Below, piece by piece: positions 42,236 through 53,650 of a DNA stretch of 64,000 nt. Position numbers and translations under genes: made by a program. Location: the NCBI GenBank assembly GCA_963737265.1, contig CAVTRY010000022.1:192001-256000 (forward strand), read 5' to 3'. The stretch comes from an uncultured delta proteobacterium. Its GTDB lineage: Bacteria > Myxococcota_A > Polyangia > Fen-1088. Under the pieces are notes generated by a model. The model had not been told where the DNA came from and searched no databases. It worked only from the letters and a program-made list of their open reading frames with translations. Each line of letters starts with the position of its first letter. Position 1 is the first letter of the stretch.

Positions 42236-43410
42236 ATCGGCGCTTCCTATCCGCATCGATCGCGGGCGCATCCTGCCGGGCTTTCTCGACGCGCGCGACG
42301 TCCCCTGGCTGCGCGTTCTCGTCGACGAGATCGACCGCTTTCGCGGCTTGCCGGTGCGCGATCTGCTCGAACGCCTGCGCCAACCCATGCCGTGCTTCTG
42401 CCCGCCGTTCAAATCCCGCGCGGCCATCGCGCTGCTCCTGCGCCTGTGGCGGAGCGAGCTCGACGCCGCCGTCGCGCCAGAAAAAGCGCGCGAAATCCTT
42501 TTCTGCGCGGCGGCTGCTCAAGCCTCCGCGCCAAGAGCCGCCGCCGTGGAGGCCGCGGCGCAGGCGCTCGCCGTGACAGCCTGCTGCCGTCGAGCGTGCC
42601 TTGTTCGCCGATCTCCCCGGCGAGAAACTGGTCGCTGCCCCTAGCACGATCCCGTCGCCCGACGAGATCGCCCTGCGAACCAATCAGCTCATCGCACGCA
42701 GCTTGCTCTTTCACGCCCGTCGCGTCCGCATCAAGGCCGAGGGGGCGGTGCGCCCGTTGGTCCGTCAGGCCAAGCTGCGTGGCCTCATCTGCAATGTGAC
42801 CGACGGCACACCACCCGTCCTCGAGCTGTCCGGGCCGTTCACGGTTTTCCGCCACACCCTGCTTTACGGTCGCGCCCTGGGTGAACTGGTGCAATTCCTG
42901 CCCCATTGCGCGAGGTTCAAGCTGCGCGCCGAATGCATCTTGCGCCAGCGGGAAGCGACGCTGGATTTGCAGAGCGGCGACCCCATCTTTCCGTCCACGG
43001 CGCCCCAGCCCTTCGACAGCAAGTTGGAGGAGCGCTTCGCGAGAGACCTCAAGAAGGCCGCGCCCGACTGGGATCTTCTGCGCGAGCCTGAGCCCGTGTC
43101 CGCGGGAAGCTCCATCATTTTCCCCGATTTCTTGCTGCGCCACCGCCTGTGCCCGCAGCGCACGTTTCTCGTGGAGATCATGGGCTTCTGGTCGGCGAGC
43201 TATGTCGAGCGCAAGCTCTCGCTGCTGCGCCAGGCGGGCATTCACAATCTCATCCTGTGCGTGGACGAAGCGCGAATTTGCGGCGAGGGCGATTTGCCCG
43301 TCGGCGCCCGCATCGTACGCTTTCGCCGTCGCATCGATCCGCTCGCGGTGTTGGCGGCCGCGGGTGAACCAGCGCCTACAAAATGTACTGCGACAGATCC
43401 TCGTCCTTGA
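42225..43410 (+). CDS. DUF790 (Bax1-like) nuclease, +1 frameshift at ~42579
   Basis: [50 protein letters not shown]. Confidence 0.85.
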
Positions 43411-44767
43411 GCAGTCCCTGCAAACGATCGCGCACATACGCCCCGGTGATGGGGACCGTCTGTTCGCCGAGGTCGGGCGCTTCGAACGAAAGCTCGTCGA
43501 GCAGCTTTTCCATGACCGTGTGAAGCCGGCGCGCCCCGATGTTTTCCATGCGCGCGTTGACGTCGGCGGCGATGCGCGCGATCTCGGACACGGCATCGGG
43601 CTGAATGTCGAGATGCACCTTCTCGGTGGCAAGCAGCGCCGTGTACTGCTTGACGAGAGCGTTCTCCGGCTCGGTCAGAATGCGTACGAAATCGGCGTCG
43701 GTGAGCGATTCGAGCTCCACGCGAATGGGAAAACGTCCTTGCAGCTCCGGAATTAGGTCCTTGGGCTTGGCCACGTGGAACGCGCCCGCGGCGATGAACA
43801 GCACGTGGTCGGTCTTGAGCGGCCCGTACTTGGTCGACACGGTGGAGCCTTCCACGATCGGCAGAAGATCGCGCTGTACGCCCTCGCGCGAGACATCGGG
43901 ACCGTGCCCGCCGGACTCGCGCCCGGCCACCTTGTCGAGTTCGTCGATGAAGATGATGCCGTCCTGTTCGGCGCGGCGAACCGCTTCCTTGGTGACGCAA
44001 TCCATGTCGATGAGCTTGCCCACTTCCTCCTCGGTGAGTGCGTCGAGCGCCTCGGGCACGCTCAGCCGGCGATGCTTGGTGCGCTTGTTGTGGGGAAACA
44101 TGTTTTGCAGGTTGAGGACCATCTCCTCCATGCCGGTGCCGGAAAACACGTCGACGAAAGACTGGCCGCCCTCGCTGGTGTCGATCTCGACCATCTTGTC
44201 GTTGAGCTTCCCGTCGCGCAGAAGACGGCGCAGGCTCTCACGCGTCGTCGATTCCGTGGGTGCTCCCGGCTCGGCCGCGGCCTCGCTGCCAGGCAGGGCA
44301 ATCGCCCCCGACGGGGTTCGCGCCGAGCGCGGCGGCGGCAGCAGCACATCGAGCAGCCGTTCCTCGGCGTTTTCGCGCGCGCGCGGCTTGGCTCGTTCGC
44401 GCTCCTCCTCGCGCAACATGGACACCGCCGTTTCCGCCAGATCGCGCACCATGGAATCCACGTCGCGTCCCACGTAGCCCACCTCGGTGAACTTGGACGC
44501 TTCGACCTTCACGAACGGCGCGTTGGCCAGCTTGGCCAGGCGGCGCGCGATTTCGGTTTTTCCGACGCCGGTCGGGCCGATGAGCATGATGTTCTTGGGC
44601 GAAATCTCGTCGCGCATGCTGCCCGGCACCTGCTGCCGGCGCCAGCGGTTGCGCAGAGCCACCGCCACCGCGCGCTTGGCTGCCCGTTGCCCCACGATGT
44701 AGCGATCCAATTCCTCGACGATGGCACGCGGCGTGAGCGCCTCGGCGCGCTTTGAAGTTCCCGGCAT
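43376..44767 (-). CDS. hslU: ATP-dependent protease ATPase subunit HslU
   Basis: [56 protein letters not shown]. Confidence 0.98.
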   Translation of the reverse strand: MPGTSKRAEALTPRAIVEELDRYIVGQRAAKRAVAVALRNRWRRQQVPGSMRDEISPKNIMLIGPTGVGKTEIARRLAKLANAPFVKVEASKFTEVGYVGRDVDSMVRDLAETAVSMLREEERERAKPRARENAEERLLDVLLPPPRSARTPSGAIALPGSEAAAEPGAPTESTTRESLRRLLRDGKLNDKMVEIDTSEGGQSFVDVFSGTGMEEMVLNLQNMFPHNKRTKHRRLSVPEALDALTEEEVGKLIDMDCVTKEAVRRAEQDGIIFIDELDKVAGRESGGHGPDVSREGVQRDLLPIVEGSTVSTKYGPLKTDHVLFIAAGAFHVAKPKDLIPELQGRFPIRVELESLTDADFVRILTEPENALVKQYTALLATEKVHLDIQPDAVSEIARIAADVNARMENIGARRLHTVMEKLLDELSFEAPDLGEQTVPITGAYVRDRLQGLLKDEDLSQYIL

Positions 44768-44770
44768 GGG

Positions 44771-45310
44771 CTACAGCTCCTCGAAAACGAAGTGATTGTT
44801 GGTGTACACGCAAATGTCGGCGGCGATGCCTAGGCTGCGCTCGGCGATCTCGCGTGCCGACAGCTTGGTTTCGGCCAGTAGCGCCCGGGCCGCGGCCAGG
44901 GCAAAGTTGCCGCCCGAGCCGACCGCGGCCACGTCGGAATCCGGCTCGATAATATCGCCGGTGCCGGACAGCATGAGAATGTGCTCGCCATCGGCCACGA
45001 GCAAAAGCGCTTCCAGCCGACGCAACACGCGGTCGGTTCGCCAATCCTTGGCCAGCTCCACCGCTGCGCGCATGAGATTTCCGCTCGCGTCCTTGAGCTT
45101 CGCCTCCAGCTTCTCGAACAGGGTTAGGCCATCGGCGGCCGATCCGGCGAAACCGGCGATGATTTTGCCGTCGTTGAGGCGACGCAGTTTGCGCGCGGTG
45201 GACTTGACCACGGTCTGTCCCATGGTGACTTGTCCGTCGCTGCCCATGACGACCTTGCCGCCGGTGCGCACGACCAGGACCGTTGTGGCGCGGGTTCGGG
45301 GTGAATGCAT
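44771..45310 (-). CDS. hslV: ATP-dependent protease subunit HslV
   Basis: [39 protein letters not shown]. Confidence 0.98.
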   Translation of the reverse strand: MHSPRTRATTVLVVRTGGKVVMGSDGQVTMGQTVVKSTARKLRRLNDGKIIAGFAGSAADGLTLFEKLEAKLKDASGNLMRAAVELAKDWRTDRVLRRLEALLLVADGEHILMLSGTGDIIEPDSDVAAVGSGGNFALAAARALLAETKLSAREIAERSLGIAADICVYTNNHFVFEEL

Positions 45311-45319
45311 GCGCGCAGC

Positions 45320-46276
45320 TTAGCGCGTTCGCAGCGTCGCGCGAGGGTGAGCTCTGTCATAAACCGCCATAAGGTGATCGATGTCGACCTGGGCATAGCG
45401 CTGGGTGGTGCGCAGGCTGGCGTGGCCGAGCAATTCCTGGATAGAGCGCAGGTCCGCGCCTTCGCCGAGCAGGTGGGTGGCGAAGCTGTGGCGCAAGGCG
45501 TGCGGCGACACGCGCTTGACGTCGTTCTCGCGCTCGCGGCGGTCGAGCTTGCGCCGGGCCTCTCGGTCGCCCATGCGCAAACCTCGCCGCGAAAGAAACA
45601 GCGCCTGCGCGTCGACGGGCTTGCCCTGCGCCATGACCGCGGTCAAAAGACTTGCTCGCGACGGCAAGTAGCCCTGCACCGCCTGCCACGCCTTGCCGCC
45701 CGCCGGGACGATGCGGTCTTTCCCGCCCTTGCCCATGCGCACCGTGACTTTCGCTGCTGCTCCGTCGGGCACGATGTCGTCAAGGTCGAGATGGCAAGCC
45801 TCGGAAATGCGCAAGCCGCTTCCGTAAAGGATCTCGAAAAGCGCCTGGTCGCGCGTGGTTTCGAAGTCGCCGTGCGAGAGGCCGTGCGCCTGCTTGCCGT
45901 CGAGCAGACGCGAGGCCTCTTCCTTGCCAAGAAAGGCGGGCAGGTGATGCGCGCGCTTAGGACCGCGCAGGGCGGCCAGGGGGTTGGAGGCGATGAGCTT
46001 GCGGCGCACCAGCAAGCGAAAGAAGGTCTTGAGCGACGACAGCTTGCGACCGACGCTGATCGGATCGTTGCGGCCGTGCAGCCCAGCCAGAAACGAACGA
46101 CAGGCGATGGTATCGAGCTCCTCGGCGACGAGCGCAGCGCTATCGTGGTCACCGCGGCGGGCATGCACGTGGGCAAACAGCTCTTCCAGGTCGGCCAGAT
46201 AGGCGCGCAAAGTATTGGAAGAGGCGCGCTTCTCGCTTTCGAGGTGCTGGCGGAAGAGGTCGACGAGCGGCTCCAT
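45320..46276 (-). CDS. xerC: Tyrosine recombinase XerC
   Basis: LYGSGLRISE, GKGGKDR, PHALRHSFATHLL, QELLGH..L.TTQRY; topA-xerC-hslVU order. Confidence 0.92.
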   Translation of the reverse strand: MEPLVDLFRQHLESEKRASSNTLRAYLADLEELFAHVHARRGDHDSAALVAEELDTIACRSFLAGLHGRNDPISVGRKLSSLKTFFRLLVRRKLIASNPLAALRGPKRAHHLPAFLGKEEASRLLDGKQAHGLSHGDFETTRDQALFEILYGSGLRISEACHLDLDDIVPDGAAAKVTVRMGKGGKDRIVPAGGKAWQAVQGYLPSRASLLTAVMAQGKPVDAQALFLSRRGLRMGDREARRKLDRRERENDVKRVSPHALRHSFATHLLGEGADLRSIQELLGHASLRTTQRYAQVDIDHLMAVYDRAHPRATLRTR

Positions 46277-46336
46277 CGCGTCGGATCCTATCCTCCGCGA
46301 GCCGCGAGCGCCAAAAATGGCTCTGGAGAGCTCTTG

Positions 46337-48793
46337 CTACGAGGCCTGCACCTTGGGCTCGTTGTCGCTGTCGTCGGCGTCGGCGCCCCAGCCGCAGCCC
46401 TCAGCGATGCAGCGCAGGCGCGTACCGGAGCGCGACACTTTCTGCACGATGAAAACCGCGCCACACTGCGGACAGGGCTTGGGCACCGGGCGATCCCACG
46501 ACACGAAGTCGCACTTCGACTTGGCGTAGTTCGAACAGCCGAAGAAGACCTTGCCACGCCGCGAGCGCTTCTCCGTAAGATAGCCGCCGCAGCTTGGCCG
46601 CGGACATGTCACCCCGAGGGAGATGGGGCTGGTGGTCTTGCAATCGGGATAGCGCGAGCACGCCAGGAATTCGCCAAAGCGGCCCCGCCTGACGACCATG
46701 GAGGAGCCGCACGTCGTGCAGATCTGGTCCGACGGCCGCGTGGCGGGATGCACGGTCAAGGTGCCGTCGGGATTGCGCGTGTATTCCTTGGTATTGCGGC
46801 ATTCGGGGTAGCCCGAACAGGCGAGGAAATAGCCGTTGCGGCCCCACTTGATGACCATGGGCTTGCCGCACTTTTCGCAGATCTCCTCGGTGGGCTGCTC
46901 CTCGCGCTTGATGTCGCGCATCTCGACCTTGGCGCGCGCCAAATCGCGCTCGAACGGCTGGTAGAAATCGCGCAGCAGCTTGATCCAGTCGACCGCGCCC
47001 TCTTCGACTTCGTCGAGCTGCTCTTCCATTTGGGCGGTGAAGTCGGTGTTGAGAATGTCGGGGAAGCTCTTGACCAAAAGCCCGTTGACCACCACCCCAA
47101 GCTCGGTCGGCGCCAGGCGTCCTTCCTTCTTCTCGGCGTAGCCGCGATCCTGGACCGTGGAAAGAATGGCGGCGTAGGTAGACGGCCGGCCGATGCCCTT
47201 CTCCTCAAGCTCGCGCACCAAGGTGGCTTCGGAGAAGCGCGGCGGCGGTTGGGTGAAATGCTGCTCGGGATTTTCGCCGACCAGGTGCAAGAGCTCGCCT
47301 TCCAACACATCGGGCAGGCTTCCGCCGCTGTCGTCCTCGGCAGCAACGTCTTCCTGGGTTTCGGCGTAGACGTCGAGGAAGCCGGGGAAGCGCATGACCT
47401 GGCCACTCGCGCGCAAGCCGACGCGGCCGGCTTCGATTTCGATAGTCGTCTGATCGAACAACGCCGGCGCCATCTGGCACGCCACGAAGCGGTTCCAAAT
47501 CAGCGTATACAGCCTGATGAGATCTTCGGTCTCGCGCGCATCGCGCCCGGCGCCCGATTCGGTGAGCAAGGCGCGCACCCGCTCGGGATCGTGGTCGAGC
47601 AACGTCGGCCGAATCGCTTCGTGCGCGTCCTGCGCGCTCTTCTTCGATTTAAAAAAATTCGGTTCGCTCGGCAAGTGCGCCGCGCTGTAGCGGCTGGCGA
47701 TCAGGGTACGCACCTCGCGAACCGCATCGTCGGAGATGCGCGTCGAATCGGTACGCATGTAGGTGATAAGACCGGTCGGCCCCTCGGCACCGAGCTCGAT
47801 GCCTTCGTAAAGCCGCTGGGCGAGACCCATGGTCCGCTTGGGCGAGAAGCGCAATTTGCTCGACGCCTCTTGCTGCAGACGCGAGGTGATGAACGGCGGC
47901 GGGGCATTCTTGCGTCGCTCCTTGCGCTCGACCGACGCCACCCGCAGTTGTGCCTGGCGAACGATGTCGAGCGCCTGCGTCGCCTGCCCCTCATGCACGA
48001 GGACCGGCTTGTCCCCATCCAGCCTGACCACGCGCGCGGCGAACGGCGGCGGACTTTCCCCCTCCACCTCGACTTCCACGGTCCAATACTCCTCGGTCTG
48101 GAAGGCCTTGATCTCTTCCTCGCGCTCGACCAGCAGGCGCACCGCCACCGACTGGACTCGGCCGGCGGAAAGCCCGCGCCGGACCTTGGTCCACAGAATC
48201 GGACTGATTTGATAGCCGACCAAGCGATCGAGGACGCGCCTTGCCTGCTGCGATTCGTATTTCTTGGCGTCGAGCGGAAGCGGGTGAAGAATGGCTTCGA
48301 GAACCGCCTTCTTGGTGATCTCGTTGAACATCACGCGGTGGATGTTGGGGTTGGACGATCGAATCTCGTCGGCGATGTGCCACGCGATGGCCTCGCCCTC
48401 GCGATCGGGGTCGGGCGCGAGCAGCACCTGCGACGCGCGTTTGGCCGCCGCCTTGATCTCGGCGATGATCTTGTTCTTGCTTTCGATGACCACGTAGTTG
48501 GGCTGAAAGTCGTGCTCGATGTCGATGCCGATGGACGCCTTGGGGAGATCTTTCACGTGTCCCACCGAGGCCTTCACGTCAAATCCCTTGCCCAAGTACT
48601 TCTTGATCGTGGTCGCCTTGGCGGGCGACTCGACGATAACCAAGGTTCCGCCCGAGCGCTTCGTCGCAGGCGTCTTTTCGGGTGCGTCGGATTCGACGGC
48701 AAGGGCGAGGCTGGCTTTCGCAACCTTTGCGCGAGGCTTTTTGTCGGCGTCGGAGGATGACTTCTTTGCGCGCGGTTTCTTTTCAGCAGGCAC
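46337..48793 (-). CDS. topA: DNA topoisomerase I
   Basis: IVESPAKA, PDPDREGEAIA, SAGRVQS, ITYMRTDS, AHEAIRPT, GIGRPSTY, C-terminal zinc ribbons. Confidence 0.98.
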   Translation of the reverse strand: MPAEKKPRAKKSSSDADKKPRAKVAKASLALAVESDAPEKTPATKRSGGTLVIVESPAKATTIKKYLGKGFDVKASVGHVKDLPKASIGIDIEHDFQPNYVVIESKNKIIAEIKAAAKRASQVLLAPDPDREGEAIAWHIADEIRSSNPNIHRVMFNEITKKAVLEAILHPLPLDAKKYESQQARRVLDRLVGYQISPILWTKVRRGLSAGRVQSVAVRLLVEREEEIKAFQTEEYWTVEVEVEGESPPPFAARVVRLDGDKPVLVHEGQATQALDIVRQAQLRVASVERKERRKNAPPPFITSRLQQEASSKLRFSPKRTMGLAQRLYEGIELGAEGPTGLITYMRTDSTRISDDAVREVRTLIASRYSAAHLPSEPNFFKSKKSAQDAHEAIRPTLLDHDPERVRALLTESGAGRDARETEDLIRLYTLIWNRFVACQMAPALFDQTTIEIEAGRVGLRASGQVMRFPGFLDVYAETQEDVAAEDDSGGSLPDVLEGELLHLVGENPEQHFTQPPPRFSEATLVRELEEKGIGRPSTYAAILSTVQDRGYAEKKEGRLAPTELGVVVNGLLVKSFPDILNTDFTAQMEEQLDEVEEGAVDWIKLLRDFYQPFERDLARAKVEMRDIKREEQPTEEICEKCGKPMVIKWGRNGYFLACSGYPECRNTKEYTRNPDGTLTVHPATRPSDQICTTCGSSMVVRRGRFGEFLACSRYPDCKTTSPISLGVTCPRPSCGGYLTEKRSRRGKVFFGCSNYAKSKCDFVSWDRPVPKPCPQCGAVFIVQKVSRSGTRLRCIAEGCGWGADADDSDNEPKVQAS

Positions 48794-49679
48794 GTTGGTT
48801 GACCTCGTAGGTGTTGCCAGCCGCGCGTTTGACGAAGCCATCAAGCTCCGCCTCGGCCAGCATCGCCAGGACAGCCGGCAGGGCCATTCCCGTGCGTTTG
48901 CACAAATCCGCGGGGTTGTTCGCACCCGCGGCGATCGCGTCCATGATGGCCGCGATCGGACCCGGTGGGCATGGCGGTGGCGCGATCGCCATGTCCAGGC
49001 ACGGATTCGCCGTCAGGTTCAAGATATCGGCGGCCGAGGTCGCGGGGAAAGCGCGGCCCGCGCGCACCAGCGCGTCCGTGCCGGGGCTGCCAGGAATGGC
49101 AAACAGGGGTCGGCCGAGGTCGCGTGCGAGACGCGCGGTGATGAGCGCGCCCGACCGCAACGCTGCCTCGGCCACGATCACTCCGTCCGCCAGTCCCGCG
49201 ATGATGCGATTGCGGGCCGGAAACTGACCAGCCCGCGGCGGGGTACCTGGTCGATACTCGGACAGCAGCCCGCCAGAGGCGGCAACGCGAGCAAACAGCC
49301 CCGCGTGGCGATCGGGATAGACGACGTCGGTGCCACAGCCAAGTACCGCGAAGGTAGCCGCGCCCGAGGCCATCGAACCTTCGTGCGCGGCAGCGTCGAT
49401 GCCAAACGCTCCGCCCGACACGATAGCGGCGCCAGCGCTGCCGAGAGCAAAGGCGATGGCATGGGACCGCTCGCAACCCGCCGCCGTGGCCGCGCGAGCG
49501 CCCACGATGGCGAACACGCGCACTTCCGCCGCCGGCAACCGTCCCCTGAACCAAAGCGATTTCGGAGCCGCCGGAATCCCGCGCAGGCGCGCTGGATAGC
49601 CAGGGTCGTCGTACCCGACCTTGGTTTCGAGCTTGCCCGAAGACGCGGATCGGCCTTGCTGTACCGCTAAAAATGCCAT
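48783..49679 (-). CDS. dprA: DNA-processing protein DprA (start uncertain)
   Basis: AIVGAR, VSGGAFGIDAAAH, FPARNRIIAGL, SGALITA. Confidence 0.93.
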   Translation of the reverse strand: MAFLAVQQGRSASSGKLETKVGYDDPGYPARLRGIPAAPKSLWFRGRLPAAEVRVFAIVGARAATAAGCERSHAIAFALGSAGAAIVSGGAFGIDAAAHEGSMASGAATFAVLGCGTDVVYPDRHAGLFARVAASGGLLSEYRPGTPPRAGQFPARNRIIAGLADGVIVAEAALRSGALITARLARDLGRPLFAIPGSPGTDALVRAGRAFPATSAADILNLTANPCLDMAIAPPPCPPGPIAAIMDAIAAGANNPADLCKRTGMALPAVLAMLAEAELDGFVKRAAGNTYEVNQRAC

Positions 49680-49879
49680 CCCTGGCATTCTCGGCAAAAC
49701 TCGGCTCAGGTTTCCAGCCATTTGCATTGGGTGGGCAAGCTGATAGCGCCGGACCTGAAGAAGATCAAGCAGTTGTGCCAAAGTGCCCGTAATCCAACGA
49801 GCTTGGGCAGGCTGAGCGTCGCGCCATTTGCTGGGCGAGGGTGTCGTTCTGTCCTCGCCAGCCCATTTTCGTCCGGCAA

Positions 49880-51220
49880 CTAGTGGCCCTTGCGCATCTC
49901 GGTAAGCTCACCGACTTTGAGCTCTTTGTTGCTCCGGGCGATCCAGGCAACCGAGGCGTCGTCGCGAACATCCACCACCCAGATCTCGCCCACCACCTCT
50001 TTGGGCGAGTTTGGATCGTGAACCTCCCAGCTTTCGAGGGTGCCGCGATACCCGTCGCCGCGCCGGATCACGAAGGTCCGGTTGCCGACCTGAACGCCAT
50101 CGCGCTTGCCGCGATTTAGCACCACGAAGTGGCCGGCCCCGAGCAGGGTGTTGGGTTCGAACGTCGCCACCACGCGCGCCTCGAGATTGACGTTGCTGGC
50201 CTTGGGCTCGATGGTTTTGAATTGCCTTACTGCCGCACTCACGCGAGCGCCACGCTCGATCGGTTTGACGGTGTCCGCGAGGGTTCCACGCGCAACATCG
50301 TTTTCGGCGATTTGATTGATGACGACGTCGCCGAGAATGGAGACCATGTAGCCGTAGCTCTTTCCGGTCACCGCATCCACCACCGGATGATCGCGGTCGG
50401 TGGTGAACACCGAGTAGCGCTGGCCGGCGTGCAAAGGCGCCTGCTTGGGATAATTGAGATAAGCCTGATCCGAGGTTGAGAGGATGATCTTCTCTTCGCG
50501 CGACCCGGTGATCGTCGCAGCCTGATCCAAATCACCTGCCTCGATGAAGCCGAGCTCGCGAAGCGGCACGCCGCTGCCGCCAAAAACGTTGGCCCGATTC
50601 GAGGAGATGCGTGACGCCGGCTTGGCGGGTGGCGCCGCCGTCGGGGGCAAGCTACCCGCGTCTGCCGCAAACGCCGCGCCCGCATCGCCGAGCCGGATGA
50701 CGTCGCCGGGAAAGATCCAGTGCGGATTGGTGATGACCGGATTGGCGGCCCACAGCCGCGGCCAGCGCCACGGGTCGTTGAAGTACTTGGAACAGAGCGA
50801 CCACAACGTGTCGCCCTTTTGCACCACGTGCAGCTCGGGAATACCAGAGCTCGGCTGTCCGCTTGTGACCTTGTCTCCCGCGTCGGCGTTTGGCGCGCTC
50901 GGGTCCTGGCCGTACAGACTCCCCGGTGCCGTCAGCCCATCGGCCGTGTTCTCAATGCGACGCGAGCTTGGATCAGGCGCGCTGCTGCCCAGGGTTTTCG
51001 ATCCATTTTGCCTTGAACCGCGTCCGGAAACCGGCGTGCCGTCCGCGTCGGTTCCAAGGGCGCCAGGATCGGAAGGTTCGGGCACGTCGGCGGACATTTT
51101 TCTCGCCCCCTCGACCTGCGCAGGGATCCGAGTGGCACCCGTGTTGTCGGCCCAGGCCAAGACGGGCCAACCGGCCAGGATGGCAATTTCCACTAGCAAA
51201 GGGAGACGGTCAGGTCTCAC
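49880..51220 (-). CDS. LysM peptidoglycan-binding protein
   Basis: HVVQKGDTLWSL..P.RWPRLW.ANP.I.NPHWIFPGD; upstream of dprA. Confidence 0.88.
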   Translation of the reverse strand: MRPDRLPLLVEIAILAGWPVLAWADNTGATRIPAQVEGARKMSADVPEPSDPGALGTDADGTPVSGRGSRQNGSKTLGSSAPDPSSRRIENTADGLTAPGSLYGQDPSAPNADAGDKVTSGQPSSGIPELHVVQKGDTLWSLCSKYFNDPWRWPRLWAANPVITNPHWIFPGDVIRLGDAGAAFAADAGSLPPTAAPPAKPASRISSNRANVFGGSGVPLRELGFIEAGDLDQAATITGSREEKIILSTSDQAYLNYPKQAPLHAGQRYSVFTTDRDHPVVDAVTGKSYGYMVSILGDVVINQIAENDVARGTLADTVKPIERGARVSAAVRQFKTIEPKASNVNLEARVVATFEPNTLLGAGHFVVLNRGKRDGVQVGNRTFVIRRGDGYRGTLESWEVHDPNSPKEVVGEIWVVDVRDDASVAWIARSNKELKVGELTEMRKGH

Positions 51221-52161
51221 GGGGCCTCCTCAAGCGCGTGCGCGGTCTTGGCGGCTGGGGCCGCAATCGAAGATGATTCGCCCGCGCCACGCACGCCGTT
51301 CGAGCGATCCAACTCTGCCAGCCGGGATTCGGCCAGAGCCGCGGCTTCGTGCCGCGGATACGAGCGCTGTAGCTGGCCCAGGGTTTGCCGGCCGGCCTCG
51401 GTGCTGCCGAGGGCCAGATAGCTAAAGCCAACCTTGAGCAGGGCATCGGGAACCTTGTTGCCGTTTGGGTAGCGTTCAATCACCCGCCTGAATTCTCGTA
51501 CCGCCGAGGCGTAGTCCTTGCGGTCGTAGTAGCACTCGCCCAGCCAGTATTGGGAGTTATCGGCCAAGTCGTGCGCGGGGAAGGCCCGCAGAAAATCGCG
51601 AAAACCTTGTATCGCCTCGTCGTGCCTGCCGGTGCGCAGTGCCTCGTAGGACTTGCGGTAGAGCACGACCGCCTCGGGGCGATCAATTTTGGCCGGAATC
51701 CCCTCGCGAACCACGCGAATCGGCGGCGCCTGGCTCGGCATCTCGCGAGTGATCGACAGCTCGGCGCTGTCGCCGTGCAGGCGCAGAATCGGCCGATGAA
51801 CCGTGGGCTTGGCCGCTTCGCCCGCGTATTCCACTTCGGGCTCCGAGGCGGTCTCCGTGCCGGGTGGCGCGCTGGCCATCGCCGTTGTGGGTGGGGCGGC
51901 GGTCGGGTGCAGGGTCACCGTGGGCAACTTGGGTGCGGCGACCTTTTCGTCGTTGACCTTCCGACTGTCCATTTGATCGCTGAGGATGAAGATGCGGTTT
52001 TCGAGCTCCTCGATCTGCTTCGCGTAGACGGCGTTCTGCGCGCGCATCGATTCCAGCGCCCGGTTGAGCTGCTCGACTTCGGCCGGGTTGGTCGGTCGGT
52101 GGGCGCACCCGCCCATCAGCACGAAGCTCGCAAGTCCTACGATGTGGTTGCGCGACCGCAT
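51217..52161 (-). CDS. ybgF: Tol-Pal system protein YbgF/CpoB
   Basis: Lipobox, coiled coil, TPRs (LADNSQYWLGE, YPNGNKVPDALLK). Confidence 0.88.
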   Translation of the reverse strand: MRSRNHIVGLASFVLMGGCAHRPTNPAEVEQLNRALESMRAQNAVYAKQIEELENRIFILSDQMDSRKVNDEKVAAPKLPTVTLHPTAAPPTTAMASAPPGTETASEPEVEYAGEAAKPTVHRPILRLHGDSAELSITREMPSQAPPIRVVREGIPAKIDRPEAVVLYRKSYEALRTGRHDEAIQGFRDFLRAFPAHDLADNSQYWLGECYYDRKDYASAVREFRRVIERYPNGNKVPDALLKVGFSYLALGSTEAGRQTLGQLQRSYPRHEAAALAESRLAELDRSNGVRGAGESSSIAAPAAKTAHALEEAP

Positions 52162-52227
52162 GGCTCCTCGGAATGGATCATAGGATCCTTCGGCAGGAAA
52201 GCGCAAAAACTGACGCATCCCGTGGCG

Positions 52228-53167
52228 TCACGAGTCGTTGGCTAGATCCGCCAGAATCGCCCCGGCCCCGCGCGACAGCAGCGCGTTCGCGAGCTCGATT
52301 CCAAGCTCCGCGGCTTGGCGCGGAGAGCCAGTGACCTGATCCGCGATGAGCTCGGATCCGTCCGGCCGGCCAACCAGGCCAAGCATCACCACGCGACCCT
52401 CGAGCAGGCGCGCATAGCCAGCGACCGGCGTTCGGCAGCTCGCTCCCAGGCGGGCCAGGAAGGCGCGTTCCGCGGCCACCGCAGTGGCCGTCTCTGGATC
52501 GTCGAGGGCTTGGCAAATGGCTTTGACGTTCTCATCGTCGACGCCCTCGCCAGACCTAACCTCGATGGCGAGTGCGCCCTGACCCACCGCGGGCAACATG
52601 CGCTCGATCGGCAGTCGTTCGCTGATGTGGGAGGCGAAGCCAAGACGGTCGAGGCCGGCGCAGGCAAGAATGGCGGCGTCGACCACGCCGTCCGCGACTT
52701 TGCGCAAACGCGTGTCCAGGTTGCCGCGCAGAATTTGAATGTCGAGGTCGGGACGAAGCGCCCTGATCTGACAGGATCGCCGCAGGCTGGTCGTGCCCAC
52801 CCGCGCGGATCTCGGCAACCCGTCGAGGCCGGCGCCGGCGCGACTGACCACGGCATCGCGCGCGTCCGCGCGCCGTGGGACCGCCACGAGCGCAAGACCC
52901 GCGGCCAATTCTCCGGGAACATCCTTCATGCTGTGCACGGCCAGATTCGATGTCGCGGGCCAAGAGAGCGGCTTCGATCTCCTTGACCCACAGCCCCTTG
53001 CCGCCGACATTCCACAAGGGTCCGGTCGACACGCGGTCGCCCTCGGTGACGATGACTTTCTCGTCGACGACTAAGCCGGGGTGCGCCGCACGCAAGGCCT
53101 GCGCCACGAACTCGGCTTGCCAGCGCGCGAGTAAGCTGCCCCGGGTGCCTATGACGATACGATCCAT
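52228..53167 (-). CDS. hemC: Hydroxymethylbilane synthase, +1 frameshift at ~52946
   Basis: IGTRGSLLA.WQA, GKGLWVKEIE; second frame LAVHSMKDVP, GTTSLRR, RGNLDTRL, PAVGQGAL. Confidence 0.93.
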
Positions 53168-53213
53168 GGCCTGACCCATACGATGAAAGCGAATGTCCTT
53201 GCCGGCGTCGCCT

Positions 53214-53564
53214 TCAGAAACCGGCTTGGGCAATGGCGGCGACCAACGCCTGCTTGCTGCAGGACGAATCGAGCGGCTTGGCGACGAACCCGACCTCTAC
53301 GTCGTAGGCAGTCTCGCCCAAGATCACGGAGTTCATATATACCTCGGCGCCGCGAGCCGCTATCGCGGCCTTGGCCTTGGCTCGTCCGAGCAGGTCGTGC
53401 CCAGCATCCGTTCCAGCGGAGACATGGTCGAAATAATACCCGGGGACCATGCGCAGGATGACGCCGGTCCCACGGAAGGTCATGACTTCGCCGGACAGGT
53501 CGACCTTGTCTGCCGTGACCCATGAATCGACCAGGTCCTGTGGAATGAAAACTTTGACGGACAT
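53214..53564 (-). CDS. Hypothetical protein of myxobacterial type
   Basis: VFIPQ..D.W..K..; GAEVYMNSVILGETAYDV..GF. Confidence 0.7.
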   Translation of the reverse strand: MSVKVFIPQDLVDSWVTADKVDLSGEVMTFRGTGVILRMVPGYYFDHVSAGTDAGHDLLGRAKAKAAIAARGAEVYMNSVILGETAYDVEVGFVAKPLDSSCSKQALVAAIAQAGF

Positions 53565-53650
53565 CTCAGCCTGCGCGCTCGCGCCGGCAAGCAGGCTAGC
53601 ACTGCGGGACGGGCGGCACAAACTGAGTTGTTTCATGCTAGAACTCTGTC

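Noticed and set aside
45320-46276. Tyrosine recombinase as a prophage or island integrase
   Set aside because: It sits in the conserved dprA-topA-xerC-hslVU context, with no att sites, tRNA or phage genes.
45305-48760. 1151-aa plus-strand ORF
   Set aside because: Antisense shadow of topA/xerC caused by high-GC codon bias; no recognisable motifs.
49765-49782. TGGCAC motif upstream of dprA as a sigma54 promoter
   Set aside because: No GC dinucleotide at the required N10 spacing.
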